Origin: the human T2T-CHM13v2.0 reference genome, Homo sapiens
Direction: 5' to 3' (one strand)
Length of the DNA: 64,000 nucleotides
Assembly: GCF_009914755.1 (NCBI RefSeq)
Contig: NC_060933.1
In this document: in pieces, positions 1 to 14,689 of the stretch
Position numbering within the stretch: the first letter of the stretch is position 1
How the letters are laid out: every line of letters begins with the position of its first letter
Made by a program: the position numbers and the translations under genes
Notes under the pieces: generated by a model
The model's input: the letters and a program-made list of their open reading frames with translations, nothing else
Databases searched by the model: none
Told to the model about the DNA's origin: nothing

Positions 1-789
1 GGAGCAGGAGATTGCAGGATACACTGGGAATGGGACTAGGAAGTGGCCTGTGTGGCTTTGCAGAGCATAGGAAGGAGACATTGGAGATAAAGCTGGAAGG
101 GCCTACCCTGGACTCTAAGAAGCCCTGAGGCCTTGGCTCAGGGTGAACTCTGTTCCCAGGAGGGGGTTGCCTTGCTGTGCTTGGGAAGCCTGGGAAGCCT
201 GTGCAGTGATGGAGAGCAGGGCTTTGTGAAACACAGAGTGCAATGGAAAGTGGGGAGATAAGAGTGCTTTAGCGTTAGACAGATCTGAGTGGGATTCTCA
301 GCTTGTTTTTTTTATTTTTTTGCCGGGAAATTTAGAGCATGCTATTTGGTTTTTTGTGCTTTCAGTTTTTCTATCTCTAAAAATGTTTCTTAAAAGAAAA
401 CATTTAATATAATTAGATCTAGAACATTCTCAAACTCCAGGGCTAGAGAATATGGCCCCATGGCACTTTACAGATTTTTTTTAGCTCTTTTGAGTTGCAA
501 AGTAGGAAGAAGCAATGTCTATTTCAACTCTCCTGTGCCCTACCCAGCACAGAGTGGGCACATCCCTCTGGCTGGTAGAGGCTGAGGTTGGAACAAGTGG
601 CATGATTAGCAGGGGATCAAGTGATCCTTCCCATCTGTGCTCTGCGTCTTGAATGTAGATCAGGGTTCCAACCTTAGAGGGGGGATTAAGCTTGGGCAGG
701 GGCAGCCCCATATTGACTAGCTCAGGATGACTTCTGCAAGAAGCACACAGTCAGGGTACCAGAGTCCAAGAGGCTGGCTTTTCATTCTC

Positions 790-890
790 TGTATCAGTGA
801 ACAACTAAAAACAACCAAAATGTCCAATAAGAGGAGACTGATTAAATAAATTATGGAAGATGCATGCTCTGAAATACTGTGAGACCATGT
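790..890 (+). mobile_element. Old L1M 3'-region fragment
   Basis: aacaaccaaaatgtccaataagaggagactgattaaataaattatgg resembles the conserved L1M 3' ORF2/UTR motif. Confidence 0.5.
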
Positions 891-2459
891 GGTATTGATC
901 TAACTTTATTTGTGAAGTAATATTATAATAAGATAGCCAATTAAAAAGTAGACATTAAGGTAGTATATATAGTATATGCCCATTACACATATTTATATGT
1001 TCCCTTTTATTGTAATTAATAAGTGACCATTATTCTAGCAAAGACATATTGCTCAACTTGTATACAAGACTCTACTCATTCCTCCTCCTCTTAGGGCATG
1101 GAACCATCATAATCACATCCCCCTTCTCTTCTGGATGGTTACCACCACCTTAAAAACTTGTCATAATATGACTCATTCAAAAAACTAAAATGAAATATGA
1201 AACTTCCCTTGACTCCCATCTCCTACCAGTTGCCATGTCACCTTTTCTTCCCTTCACAGCAAAACTTTTGGTAACAGTTATTTATTTTTGCCTCTATTTC
1301 CTTCCTGCGCATTTTCTCCTAAACTCACTTCGATTGTGTTTTTCTTCCTACTATTCCATCCAAACTACTCTTGTGAAGTCATCAATGCCAAACTTGGATC
1401 AACATTGCCCATTAGATGGTCAGTTTCCACCCTTCGTACTTGATCTTCCAGCAGCCTTTGTTGTAGCTAATCATTCTCTCCTGCTTATAACCCTTCCTTT
1501 GTTTGGTTTCCGGGACATCAAACCCTCCTGCTTTTCCTCTTGCTTCTTTGGCTGTCCTTTCTTAGATGGTTTTGCCGGATTCTCCTCATTTCCCTTACTT
1601 TTTAATGTAGCTTTGCTCCAGGACTCAGTCCTCAGACCTTTTCTCTTTTTTATACTCTCTGTAGGAGGTCTCATCTGGCCCATGGTTTTAAACACCTATA
1701 CAGTGCAAATTCCAAAACGCTGTCTCCAGTCTCAACACATCTCTGCTTGGCTGCTTAACAGGCATCTCACACTTAAGTTCCCCAAATGGAATTTTTGTTT
1801 TTCCCCAGGCGTGCCCCTTCTGTGCTCCAAGTCTCATAACGTCCTCCTGTCCACGCGGGTCACCCCGAGTTCCCTGTTTCTCTCACATTCTACAGTGATG
1901 CGTAGGCAATTTTGCTGATACTACCTGAGATCTGCTTTGTTAGCAACAGCCTAAAACATTTCCTCCTTCTTATCACTCCACAGCTCTCAGCTTAGTCTAA
2001 GCTACCACTTAGTATCACTCTCTGATTCTACCTGGCCTCTCCACCTCCCCACTGTGTTCTCTATACAGCAGCCAGACTCATTCTGAAGATGTTCATCTCT
2101 GCTCACAACTCACCAGTGACTTCTAAGACAAAAAATAAATTCCAAAGTTCTTACCATGTCCACGAGGCCCTATGATCTGGCCCCCACTACCTCTCTGATC
2201 CCACCCTTTTCCTCTCACTCACTGCCCTCCACCCCCACTAGCTTCTTTGCTGTTCCCCAATCATGCCCGGAACATCCTTGCCTTAGGATTTTTGCATTTG
2301 CTATTTCCCCACTTGAAAGTCTCTTCTCTCAGATTCCTCTGAGTTTGCTCTCTCACTTTCTTAACTCTCGAATATTTCCTAATCAAAGAGGGATTTTCCA
2401 ATCTCCTATTCATAAAATAATATTTCTCCTTATTCTGCTTTATGTCTCATATGATTACC

Positions 2460-2575
2460 CATTATGTGTGGTATAGGTTGTGCACTGCCCAATTCCTGGG
2501 GATCTCATTCACTTTAACTGCAGTGTGATTGGCTCTCCCTAGAGTTCTTCAGTGCACAACTGTATAGCCAGACCT
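2460..2575. mobile_element. MER91-like palindromic hAT MITE
   Basis: Inverted arms tataggttgtgcactg (2472-2487) and cagtgcacaactgtata (2550-2566), matching the recalled MER91 structure. Confidence 0.65.
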
Positions 2576-2621
2576 GATAACATACATTATAATACAAATT
2601 TGTTTGGTTATTTGCTTATTT

Positions 2622-3144
<523 letters not shown>

Positions 3145-3409
3145 TAGAGTACTCCAGCCTGTAGGGTAGTACCCACAACATAGTATATATTCAAAAATTA
3201 TTTGACATATGAATGAATATGTGCTTGTTGTATGTGTATTTCTATGTGGATGCATAGAGGGAAAAGGTCTAAAAAGAAATACCCAAATGTTGATAGTGAT
3301 TATATCTGAGCAATGGAATTACATGTGATTCTTCACTGTCTTCTTTATTCTTTCCTTTAGGCATGGATATTTTAATAAAATGAATATATTATTTTCACAG
3401 AGACAAAAG

Positions 3410-3605
3410 TATTTTGGAGTCAGATAAACCTGAGATTGAATTCTGCCTCTACTCATTGTGTAACCTTGGGCAAACTTATTACCATCTCTGTCTCTCTTTA
3501 AAATGGAGATTCTATCTAGTTCATTGGGCTGTTGTGAGGCTTAAATAAAATATGTATGTCAAAGCTTGGCATGGCACCTGTCTGAGAGCAAGCCTTCAGT
3601 AAACA
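3410..3605 (+). mobile_element. MIR
   Basis: ttggagtcagataaacctgag...tgtgtaaccttgggcaaac...aaaatggagat MIR core. Confidence 0.75.
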
Positions 3606-4483
3606 GTACTCCCTCTTCTCCTCTTATTATATTTTTATTATTTATATTTTATTATTTTATTTTTATTATCACTGACATGTAAATAAAGGCCCCTAAGCCT
3701 TGAGGATGAACCTCATATTCATCCCCCGGTGTCCTTCCCTGATGGAGAAGGGAACTGCTGGGCTGGCCCAATGCCCAGGACAGTGCAGGGTAGTGAGTTA
3801 GTAAAGGAGAAGCCATCACACCTCAAGGGAGACCCATCATTAATACAATCTAAGATCTCTGAAGACATCTGAATCCCTATATGTTTGCTTGTGGATTGTG
3901 GCAGGAAAATGGGCTGGATGGGCAGGAAGAGGAGGGAGGTATCCTGTTCTTTACTTTTCACTGGGTCTGGAAATGGAGAAAACCCAGGTAAAAGAATGAC
4001 TGGGGCCACCGGGAGCAAGTGAAACTGGATCTTTTGGGTCTGCTGGAAGGAAGAAAAGCTGAAGGGAGCCTGTCAGAAGCCCAGTGTGCCCACCTGGGCC
4101 AAGTGCCCAGAGCCAGGAGAACATCCTTACCTTGGGCCAGAGACCTGGGTGGCAGTGGAACAGGACAAGGCTCCAATCTCATCATGCTATCCTTTAGCTC
4201 AAACAGCAGAGGACAGATTGGCTAGTCATAGATTTATGGTGATATTTATCTTGGTCGGAAGTCATGTTCATGTCCATCACAATGATGTACTTCATTGCTC
4301 ACCTGCTGGCTTCCCAGAGAGCCCACCAAGGAATGTCTCAGCCAAATGTCTCAATTTTCAATCCTGGCAATACTTCCGGCTTGAATCCTGCTACCTTCTC
4401 ACCAAGGAAGGCTCAGTAATTTTAATTTAGAGTGAAATCTGAAGGTCCTGCTTCCCCTCTCTTGTTTAAAACTAGAACAATTG

Positions 4484-4800
4484 TTGGGCACAGTGTCTCA
4501 TGCATGTAATCCCAGTGCTTTGGGAGGCTGAGGTAGGAGGATTGCTTGAGCTCAGGAGTTCTAGGCCAGCCTAAGCAACAGAGTGAGACCCCCATCTCCA
4601 TAAAAAATACAAAAATTAGTTGTGTGTGATGACATGTGCCTGTATTCCTAGCTTCTTGGGAGGCTGAGGTGGGAGGATCACTTGAGCCCAGGAATTGGAG
4701 GCTGCAGTGAGCTGTGATTGCACTACTGCACTCCAGCCTGAACAACAGAGCAAGACCTGTCTCTAAAAAGTGAGTAAATAAGTAAGTAAACAAATAAATG
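4484..4800 (+). mobile_element. AluJ
   Basis: Dimeric Alu with J diagnostics (ggaggattgcttgag, gctgcagtgagctgtgat); degenerate TSD aaactagaacaa/aaactggagcaa. Confidence 0.92.
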
Positions 4801-7713
4801 AAACTGGAGCAAGCCTCAAGCAGGCAGCTCCCTTCCCCCATCCTCTGGCCTATCTTTATTCCTTTAGGATTTCCAGAGGCATTCCAAACAGAAACATCCC
4901 TAGCCCTCCAACATGAGAGTAGCAAAAAGAAGGAAAAAGATGGTCAGTGGCCAAAGGTCTTTCATTAGTCAAGAGTCTTCAAACCCAAAAGATTATTCTT
5001 CCCAAACTTTGAACCCCAAATGTCTCTCCTTAGGAATAATTAAAGGCAGATAAAGAAGTCTTTGTTTCTGGTTCACCTGGAGGCACTCCCAGGCACTCTG
5101 TCCCTTAGCCTTTTGAATTCTCTTCCTGAAGAAAAGGCAAGAGGATCAAGGAAATGAGTTTGCCTGTCCTTAGCCTCCAAGCCACATGTACCAGAAATGT
5201 CCATCATGGTGTCTATAATATCCATGCCTTTTCTAAAACGAATTTCCCGACCTTAGCACCAGGTTTCAACCCAGCATTAATGCTCCCGCCCCGCAACAGC
5301 TGGTTGGACCAGGAGTGGGGTCCTGGTCCAAGGGCAGTGAAAACATTGGTCCTTGAGGTGGTATTGTATAAGAGGAACTCTGCCCCATCTGAAAAGAGCA
5401 GCGCAGTGATGTTTGTGTCCTCAGGAATTTGAAATGGAGAAGATCTGAGGCTGCAAGTATGTATCTCCTAAAACAAGAAGGCTCTTTAACCAGCTGTCGT
5501 TGGGATAAACCAAAATTGTGAGAAAATAAAAAGCATGACATGGAGAAGACATACATATTAAAGGTGTTGCAGTTACCGGCAGCTTGGAAGAAGAGCGGAC
5601 ACAGATAGAAGCAAATGATGTTACTGAAGATGAGTTGTCCCTCGTAGAACTTCTTCTGGATTTGATTGTTTCATAGTCATAACTTTGAGCAACTCCATAA
5701 ACTGACTCACAGTACAGAAACTGAAGCTAGTTTTCCAAGCTCTTTTTCTTTTCCACAGTACATAAAATAAGTAGTGTCAGTGTCACCGCGGGGCTTCAAT
5801 CTTCCAGCAGACATCACCAGCACATTCTTACTATTGACAGTCAGTCTTGGCAAGCTTGCTCGTCTCCATCCATCCATAAAGCTATTTTCCATCGGGCTTC
5901 TTTAAGGCCCACGTGATGATGACATGAGAAGTAGTTTCCATTTTCCCTCTGTTTAGCTCCATGAACACATTTAGTCTATATTGAGCCACAGCTCTACAAT
6001 TAGACAGGTACATTCTCCTCCCCTTGGGTGCTTCCATGTTCCTCCAGGGTGAATCCCCAGTGGATTCACAGCCTGGCCAAGCACATTTTACATTTGGTAA
6101 TAGAGCCCCTGGGGATTATGTGTGAAAGGATCAACAGAGATCAAATCTCTTCAGACTCTTTGCTTTATATTGCATCTTGATTTTTGCCTTAGCTCCTCTA
6201 GTTTTTGCCTTTAATTATGTCTGCAGAATAAGCCTAGAAGTTGCAACCAAGAAGATCAAGAGAGTAATTGAAAGTCATTTTATTACCTGGAAGAGGCTTA
6301 GCTTTAATAGGGAGTAGATAAAAAGATTGTAGGAGTCCCTACAGTTCAAAGGTTTTTCAAGAATATACATAAAAACAATTTATATCCTTTGAAAGCCAAA
6401 AAATGTAAAATCCAATCAATTAATATAGTAGTGTAGGTAAGTATGGCTAATTTGCCTGGAGAGATGAAAGAATTGGGAAACAGTCCCTACTATAGACACA
6501 TGGGGATCCACGTGTTCCATCCGTGTTGTGACAAAAATTCAGTCATCATCCCACAAGGAGTCTCTTTGGTAATTAATAAATCATTGCAAGAGGGGATGGT
6601 AAATACAAAAATATTTGGGAAGATATCCCAAAATTGTTTGGGATTATATAAATTAGCATCTTTCACCTCAGATTTAGAATTGAGTAGAATTTTTTAAGAA
6701 AACCAAATATAAATTATTTATGTTTTTGCATTAAGGATCTGTACATGTTTAATATTTTATCATTTCTAAAACATAAAATAATTTTAGCCTGTTAGAATAA
6801 GGGCTGGTGTAGTAATTTTAATTTCATATGCATACTTCAGTAATTATTTAAACTTGTTATTTAAGTTGAAGTCAATTTATAAATAGTATTGGAACATGTA
6901 AAAATATTAAGATTTGCTGAACTTACAAATTTAATTCATAGCTTTAAGGGTTAAGTATTAGTTTTATATGCTAAATCAGAAAATTGGTGTATAAAAAGGC
7001 TATAGGATGGTAATGATGATGGATTTGACACTCTTATAACTCCCCTCCCTCTTAAAATCCTACTAAAGCTATAGCAAAGAAATTATCTTTTTTAAAAGAT
7101 AGAAATCCATAAGGATGGGAAGAAAAGGCAAAAAGACAATGGCAATACATTTTGGAAGCTGAAAAGTAGAATGACTGTTAAATTACTTTAGCAGGTGCAA
7201 GAAACCTGAATCTTAATCCTGAAATGGAGAAAGCCAAGAACGTCCTGATCTAAACTACAGAGCCCTCAGAAGACTCAGAACAACACACAAGTTCTTGGGA
7301 AGCTACTGGAGGATGTGTGTCATCAAAACAAGGGAATCAGCAGTCCTGTATCTATGAAGAAACAACTGGAAATGATAGGTTCTTGAATTCCAATTTTCTT
7401 TTAGGGTGAGAAAGTGGGCCACTCAGCTCTGCTTTATAATATTGGGCTTCCGAGAATGATTAGCATTCAAGTGAGCAGAGATACTTCTAAAGTGTTCTAT
7501 TATATAAATTATACAGGGATAAGAAAATGGGAGGTTAGCACAGACAGAGGCGGAGTTAACCTCCAGGGTGAGGGTGAAGGGAGATGTCTGGTACATAGCC
7601 CAGCCCCGGGTAGGGAGGACGAGCATCCGGACCCAAGCACTGAGGCACAGGAGGTAGACAGGCTGCGGATTGTCATCACCACATCATTGGCCACCATACC
7701 TTCTTCTTCTTCT

Positions 7714-8460
7714 TTTTAATAAACTTCATTTTTAGAGTAGTTTTAGGGTCATAGCAAAATTGAGTGGAAGATACAGAGGTTTTCCACAAACCCTCTGCCC
7801 CAACACATGCATAGCCTCCTCAATTATCCACATCCCTCACCTCAGTGGTACGTTTGTTCCAATTGGTGAATCTTCATCGACACATCATGATTACCTAAAG
7901 TCCATACTTTACATTAGCATTTACTCTTGGTACATCTAAATTCTTTGGGTTTGTATAAAAGTATAATGATGTGTCCATCATTACAGTAACATACAGAGTA
8001 GTCTCACTGCCCTGAAAGTCCTCTGTGTTCTATTTGTCCCTCCCTCCCCCTTAACCCCATGGCAATCACTGATCTTTTTACTGTCTCCATAGTTTTGCCT
8101 TTTCCAAAATGTCATACATATGAAATCATACAGTATGTAGCCTTTTCAGATTGGCTTCTTTCATTCATTAATATGCATCTAAGGTTCTTCCATGTATTTC
8201 ATGGCTTGATAGCTTATTTCTTTTTAGTGCCAAATAATATTCCATTGTCTGGATGTACCACAGTTCATTTATCTACTCACCTACTGAAGGGCATCTTGGT
8301 TGCTTTCAAGTTTTGGCAATTATGAATAAAGCTGCTGCTATAAACATCCATGAGCAGGTTTTTGTGTGAATATAAGTTTTTAACTCCCTTGAGTAAATAC
8401 CAAGGAGCATGATTGCTAGGTCATATAGTAAAAGTGTGCTTAGTTTTCTAAGAAACTTGA
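7714..8460 (-). mobile_element. L1M (L1MC-like) 3' fragment
   Basis: Antisense L1 3'UTR plus ORF2 C-terminus (ORF 8306-8509: YDLAIMLLGIY...KTCSWMFIAA). Confidence 0.85.
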
Positions 8461-8640
8461 AAAGAAGGACAGCTGTTGAATTAGCCCACAACTGAGGTTG
8501 GGCACTCATTTTTAACGAGGTTTCCAGTCACTCTCAGGAACCAATTTTGTCCACATTTTATTGTCCTCCAGCCCTTCTTCAGAGTGTGAGACAAGAGGGG
8601 CTAAATTTAAACAGGTAGGATAAATCTACAGTACTGCATT

Positions 8641-9199
<559 letters not shown>

Positions 9200-9699
9200 T
9201 TAGATGAATGTGTGAGGACGTAGAAATGCTAAGGGCTGGATCACTAATGGTAGACTTTCAGGCTGTTTGGCAAGTGGGTGAATATCAGTCAGAATATTAT
9301 TTGTTGCCGTTATTGGAAGACTTTCCAAACTTGTTTAAGCCAAAGGGGAATTTATGGCTTATATAATTGAAAATCCAGAGGCAGATTGGCTTTAGGAGCA
9401 GCCGGGTGCAGGGACGTATTGACTTCTGTTTTTTCTCATCTTCAGGCTCACATTCTCCTCTGTTAAGTGCATTCCCAATCAGCTTCTTTCCTCAGGTTGG
9501 AAAGTGGCTGCCAGCAGCTACCAAGGTGCTATCCTTCCAGATTCACATCCTGCAGAAAGAGCATGAGATTCCTGGCAGAAGATTTGAGATGCACTCAAAG
9601 TATACTGGCTGAAGTCGGGCCTTAAGTCTGGATGGGATGCCCCTTTACCTGCTCCCATTGGGTCCCGTACTTCCACCTTCATAACACTAACAATGCTAG

Positions 9700-9910
9700 A
9701 GTGTGGCAGCTCTCAAAGTGTCATCCTCCAGCAGCATCAGTATCACCTACCTGGACATTTCACAGAAATGCAGATTCTCTGGCTCCACCCACATCCTCTG
9801 AATCAGAAACTGTTGTGTGTGTGTGTGTGTGGGGGGGGGGTTCCGCAAGATATCTGTGCTTTAACAAGCCCTCTAGAAGATTCTGATGCACTCCCAGCTT
9901 GAGAACTCTA
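9700..9910. mobile_element. MER5A-like hAT-Charlie relic with internal (TG)n
   Basis: ctcaaagtg...cagcagcatcagtatcacc...agaaatgcagattctc...tttaacaagccctc...gattctgatgca. Confidence 0.8.
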
Positions 9911-10766
9911 CTTGCTCTAATGCGATTGCCTGTTTACTGTTGGGATCCCACACCAGATGTAAGCACCAGGAGGCAGGGCCGCATCTGTTCCATTCAACAC
10001 TGTATCTGCCAAGCCCACAGTAGGTGCTCTCCTAATTCTATGTGGTAGACTTCAAAAGACAAAGGTAAGAAAGAATGAGGGGACAAGGCTGGAGACAGCT
10101 GCCAAGTGTCACACTTCTGCCTTCCTTCTTCCACTTTCTTCCTCTCGCCTCTGGAGTCAGTCACACTAGATGCTCCCATCTTTTTGCTTGTTTGTTTTTC
10201 GCATTGCCGAGGGCTCCATTACCTTTCAAATAAAATGGCCTCTATAGAAGCAGTCCTGGGGCTCTTGGCAGGCACCATTAGCCTGAAGAAGCGCCCTGGG
10301 ACAGGACATACCCTCACACAGAGCTGGGGTGAGTGGTGGGCTCTGTGTTATCGGTGGGATTTGGCTGAGCTCCTTCAAGTCTATGTCCCTCTCTGGGGGC
10401 TTCCAACAGCTTGTGGTTGGAAGGTGTGTTGACTTCTCCACAGGAATCTATAGCACAGCACAGTAAATGTGTTGAGACAGTAAGTGAGCACACACAGTAA
10501 GTGTGATAAGGGTAGAAGCCAGATGCCTGCGAGAGAACCAAGGGGACCAGCTGGGGGATAGGGAGGGTAAGAGCCAGCGACAAATGTTGCAGCAGCAAAG
10601 GAATTCTAAGGGTTCCCTCTGAATTTTTCTCTCTTCTCCTCCTCTCCCTTCTCCACACTCCATCCCTACCCCTGTCTCCTTGTTTCTTTTACTGTCCCTG
10701 TCTTGATGTATCCATCATATGTGGTCATTTTCAGATAGGACAATGAACCCAAGTAGGAACTTTTGC

Positions 10767-11065
<299 letters not shown>

Positions 11066-11478
11066 TAAAGCAGCACATTCACGCATTCACTGTTCGAGAC
11101 TGTGATTTCTGAGGAGCAGGTTTTCCTGTGTGCATATAGAGGAGTGACTTTCCCCCTTCATGTCTAGACTGGCATTTGAAATGACATTCTGGTCTGTTTC
11201 TTGCGTGAATGTGAAAATTGTCATCTGTGTTCTCATAGATATACTGTGGTTGCCCATGGGGTGAGAGGGCTTCACTTTGTGACTTCTCCTAAAGGTAGTC
11301 TATATCCCTGCTGTCAGTCACTGTGAAGACAGTGACAATGGTGCTCCAGAGTGGCAGGGGTTAAAGATAGAGCCTGCCACAGGGAAGCAGGTAGAGAGAA
11401 CGTCCCTCTAAGGGACCCAAATGAATGGGGGCAAATAGGATCCCAATTATTTTCAAAAATTTGCCCAATTATTGAAGT

Positions 11479-11684
11479 CAGAGGTTGGCAAACTATGGCC
11501 TTTGGGCTTGTTTTTATAAATAAAGTTATATTGGAACATGGTCATGCCCATTCACTTACAAACTCTCCAAGTCTGCTTTAGCAATACTATGGCAGTCAAG
11601 TAGTTGTGACAGAGCCTTTCTGGCCCATAAAACCTAAAATATTTACTATCTGGCCCTTTACAGACAAAAGTTTGCCATCTTCTG
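11479..11684. mobile_element. MER58A-like relic (opposite orientation to the 8976 copy)
   Basis: cagaggttggcaaactatggcc...aaaatatttactatctggccctttacaga...gtttgcc. Confidence 0.8.
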
Positions 11685-11802
11685 CTCTGATGGAAGATTT
11701 ATTTCCCCTTTTTATCACCAGCTTGGTCCTAGCCTGGTTATGTTTACAGGGTCCAGCTTGATTTTGTCTATGGTAATGGGCTTCAAATATTTATTATAAA
11801 CA

Positions 11803-12047
11803 TTTTATTTTTTGAGGCAGGGTTTCACTTCTGTTGCCCCGGCAGGAGTGCAGTAGCATGATCATGGCTCATTGGAGCCTCGACCTCCTGGGCTCAGGCC
11901 ATCCTCCCATCCCCTTTTTACATTTTTTGTAGAGACAAGATCTCGTTATGTTTCCCAGGCTGGCCTCGAACTCTTGGGCTGAAGCCATCCTCCTGCCTTG
12001 ACCTCCCAAAGTGCTGGGATTAAAGGCATCAGCCACCTTGCCTGGCC
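11803..12047 (-). mobile_element. AluJ, internally deleted
   Basis: Antisense AluJ; TSD-like taaacattttattt/taaatgttttattt. Confidence 0.88.
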
Positions 12048-12049
12048 CT

Positions 12050-12500
12050 AAATGTTTTATTTAGAAATAATTTTAAACATAAAAAAATTAAAAGAATAAG
12101 ATAGTACCAAAAATATGTTATACTCTTTACCAGATTCACCTATTGCTAACCTTTTATGCTTTTTGCTTTATCATTTGTGCTCATTCTTTTCTTACATATG
12201 TATATAAAATATTTATATTTTATTTCATATTTATTACATGTAATGTTTTTAATCCTTTAAAGCTAAGTTACATACCTCAAAGCCTGTATTTATAAATACT
12301 TCATGTATATGTACAGGTTTTTTAACAATTGGGATATTTTCTTTCATAACCAAGTATAGTTTTCAACTTTAGTAAAGTTAATATTGATACAATACTTTTA
12401 TCTATTCTACCATCCACATTCCAGTGGATGTCCTTTGTAGGATTTTTTTCTCCCATCCAGTACAGGATTCAGGGACAGGAATTGCATTTGGCTGCTGTGA
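12050..12500 (-). mobile_element. L1M (MC4/5-like) 3' UTR fragment
   Basis: ttttatttagaaataattttaaac...cataaccaagtatag...aatattgatacaatact. Confidence 0.6.
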
Positions 12501-14689
12501 ACATGAACCTTTGGCTTTTGAGGTTTGATTCTAATAAAGAATGAAGCACTTCCTTTAAAGCTCATCTTTAGAAAACTGTAAGGAAAAGGCAATCTTTTCT
12601 CCAGTTCTTTAGAGCTTATACCTGGGGAGCACCTTGAACAGTCTGGGGGAAATTTCTAGATAAAAGTCCATGGAGCAGGGCTTCTAGAAAGGTAGGTTCC
12701 TATAGCTGCCTACCCTATTCTCTGAACAGAGCAGCGATGCCACACATTTGGAGACCAGCATGGTCTTCAAGTAAGATAGTACCATGCTAGTCTCCAAATG
12801 ACCCCCAGGGAGATGGATTTCCAGCAGAACCTCTTCATTCTCTGGCTGCAGTGGGTCCAAAAGATTCCTTTCCATGATGCATCCCAGCCTTACAGAAGAA
12901 ATGCATGTTAGATCCTTCTATCATCCTGAGAATTTGGACATGTGAAAATAAGCAAGAAACCCAGAACCAAATGTATAGATTTGGAAGCTGTTGATCTGAG
13001 AAGAATCTGAGCCTGGTAACATAATAAGGATCAACTTTTTGACATTCAAATTAATTATATCAAATAGAGCTACTCTTTAAAGAATAATTACTGATCTTTT
13101 TAAAACAAAAAGAGAAAGATAATTTTTGTTAGTATAAATGGGTTAAACAAAAATGAATGTATACTATAGGCAATGAAGTTCGATTTGATATATGTGTACT
13201 ATATTCATGTAATCTTGCAGAAGTGAGTATATATACAGCATACCATTCATGTAATTGTTTACTCATTTTTTCCATCAATGATTTATTGAAGATGTATTGT
13301 GTGCTAACTGCTGGGAATAGAGAAATGAATCACACATTCCTTGATAAGTGGGGAGGGCCATTTTGTTGTATTAAAAATTTTGGATTTATCTTTCAGAAAG
13401 TGTTATTCTCACTGGCTCTGGCCTGGACCAAGAGAATGCAGGTTTGAAAGTTTGAGATTTTTTTTGGAGGGGGGTGGTGGCAGTAATCTTTTGGAAAACA
13501 TGAAGCCCAGTAACTGTCTGAGGCTAAACCGAAAGCACTGGTAAAGGGTTTAAGATTCTAACGATTCTTCCAGAACAACCAGCCTGACAATGAGTAATAT
13601 GCAGTTTGATGTGAAAATTAGAAAACTGGCAGATGAACCTGCAAAAGGGAAATTGGATTTCCAGAGAGACGAATGGGAGGCCATGCGGCTGAATAGAGTT
13701 CATAAGATGCAAACGCATGCAGGGAGCTGCAGCCCCCCCTCGTTCCCAGTGTGCAAAGGAAGTCCCTGCATCGCGTGCCTATTATTTATTTATTTATGGG
13801 CAAAAAGCGAGAGTTCCATGGTGTGGTGTTTATTATCAAAATGGATGGATTCAATATCAAGCAATGATGTGTTCAAAATGAAAGCCACATCATTAAGTGT
13901 CATAGGCGTTTATTAACACAGTTCCCTCCTTAGTCGAATAAAACAGCCGTTATCCCACCAGGTCCCACACTCTCGCTTGCCTTTTTTCTTTGTCTGGCTT
14001 TGGCAGAGTCTCCGTTTCTGGAGACAGCTTGGCCGACAGCAAATCTGGGCAAAGCAGAGATATCCAAGGGAAGGTAATGAGGGATGGAAGACTCCTAGAC
14101 AGTAGTTTTAGCAAAGAGGAGTCCATCCTCTAAAAGTACAAGCATTACTTGTTAACTGACTGCACTCTCACAACCATCTGTGCCATTAGCTTGTCCATTT
14201 ATTGTCTATCCCTTTTCTCCTCTCTCTAACCTCTTCTCTCATTGCATATTATTAAAATCAAGAAATGGCTTCCATTCTGTGAGCTGTGACTTCTAACGTG
14301 GCCACATAGCTGGTGGAGAGGTGACAACCTTCATCTCCAAGGATCCCCTGCACTGCTTGCTTTATGCCCAGAGCAACCTCATGCTGACAAGGACTGCACA
14401 GTTTTGAACACCCATGCTCCAATCAAAAGAAACCAATTTGTGAGAGACGATATAAATCCATGAATACTGCACTGAAACCTCTTTCTGCTCCAGGCAGAGA
14501 AGATAAATTACCACCCGAGTGATATAAAGTTAGTTTGAATATTTCATTGGATCAAATGCAACATGTCTCAGAACCTCTCCTCTTTTAAGTCAGAATTAAA
14601 GAATTGTTATCAGGCATAATAATAGACACTATCATTTGCATACATTTTATCTCAAGAGACTTTTGAAGTTATGCAATACGCCAGTGGTT

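Noticed and set aside
4422-4925. 167-aa ORF, and similar ORFs at 8702, 20175, 47137, 52360, 57171 and 62566
   Set aside because: Typical antisense-Alu peptides ([13 protein letters not shown]...), not genes
5440-5490. LLVLGDTYLQ resembling the aspartic-protease ILGD motif
   Set aside because: Isolated short match with no DTG/DSG catalytic motif in frame
5613-5990. Box C/D snoRNA (atgatg...ctga; gtgatga)
   Set aside because: Box spacing is wrong and there is no terminal stem or matching D box
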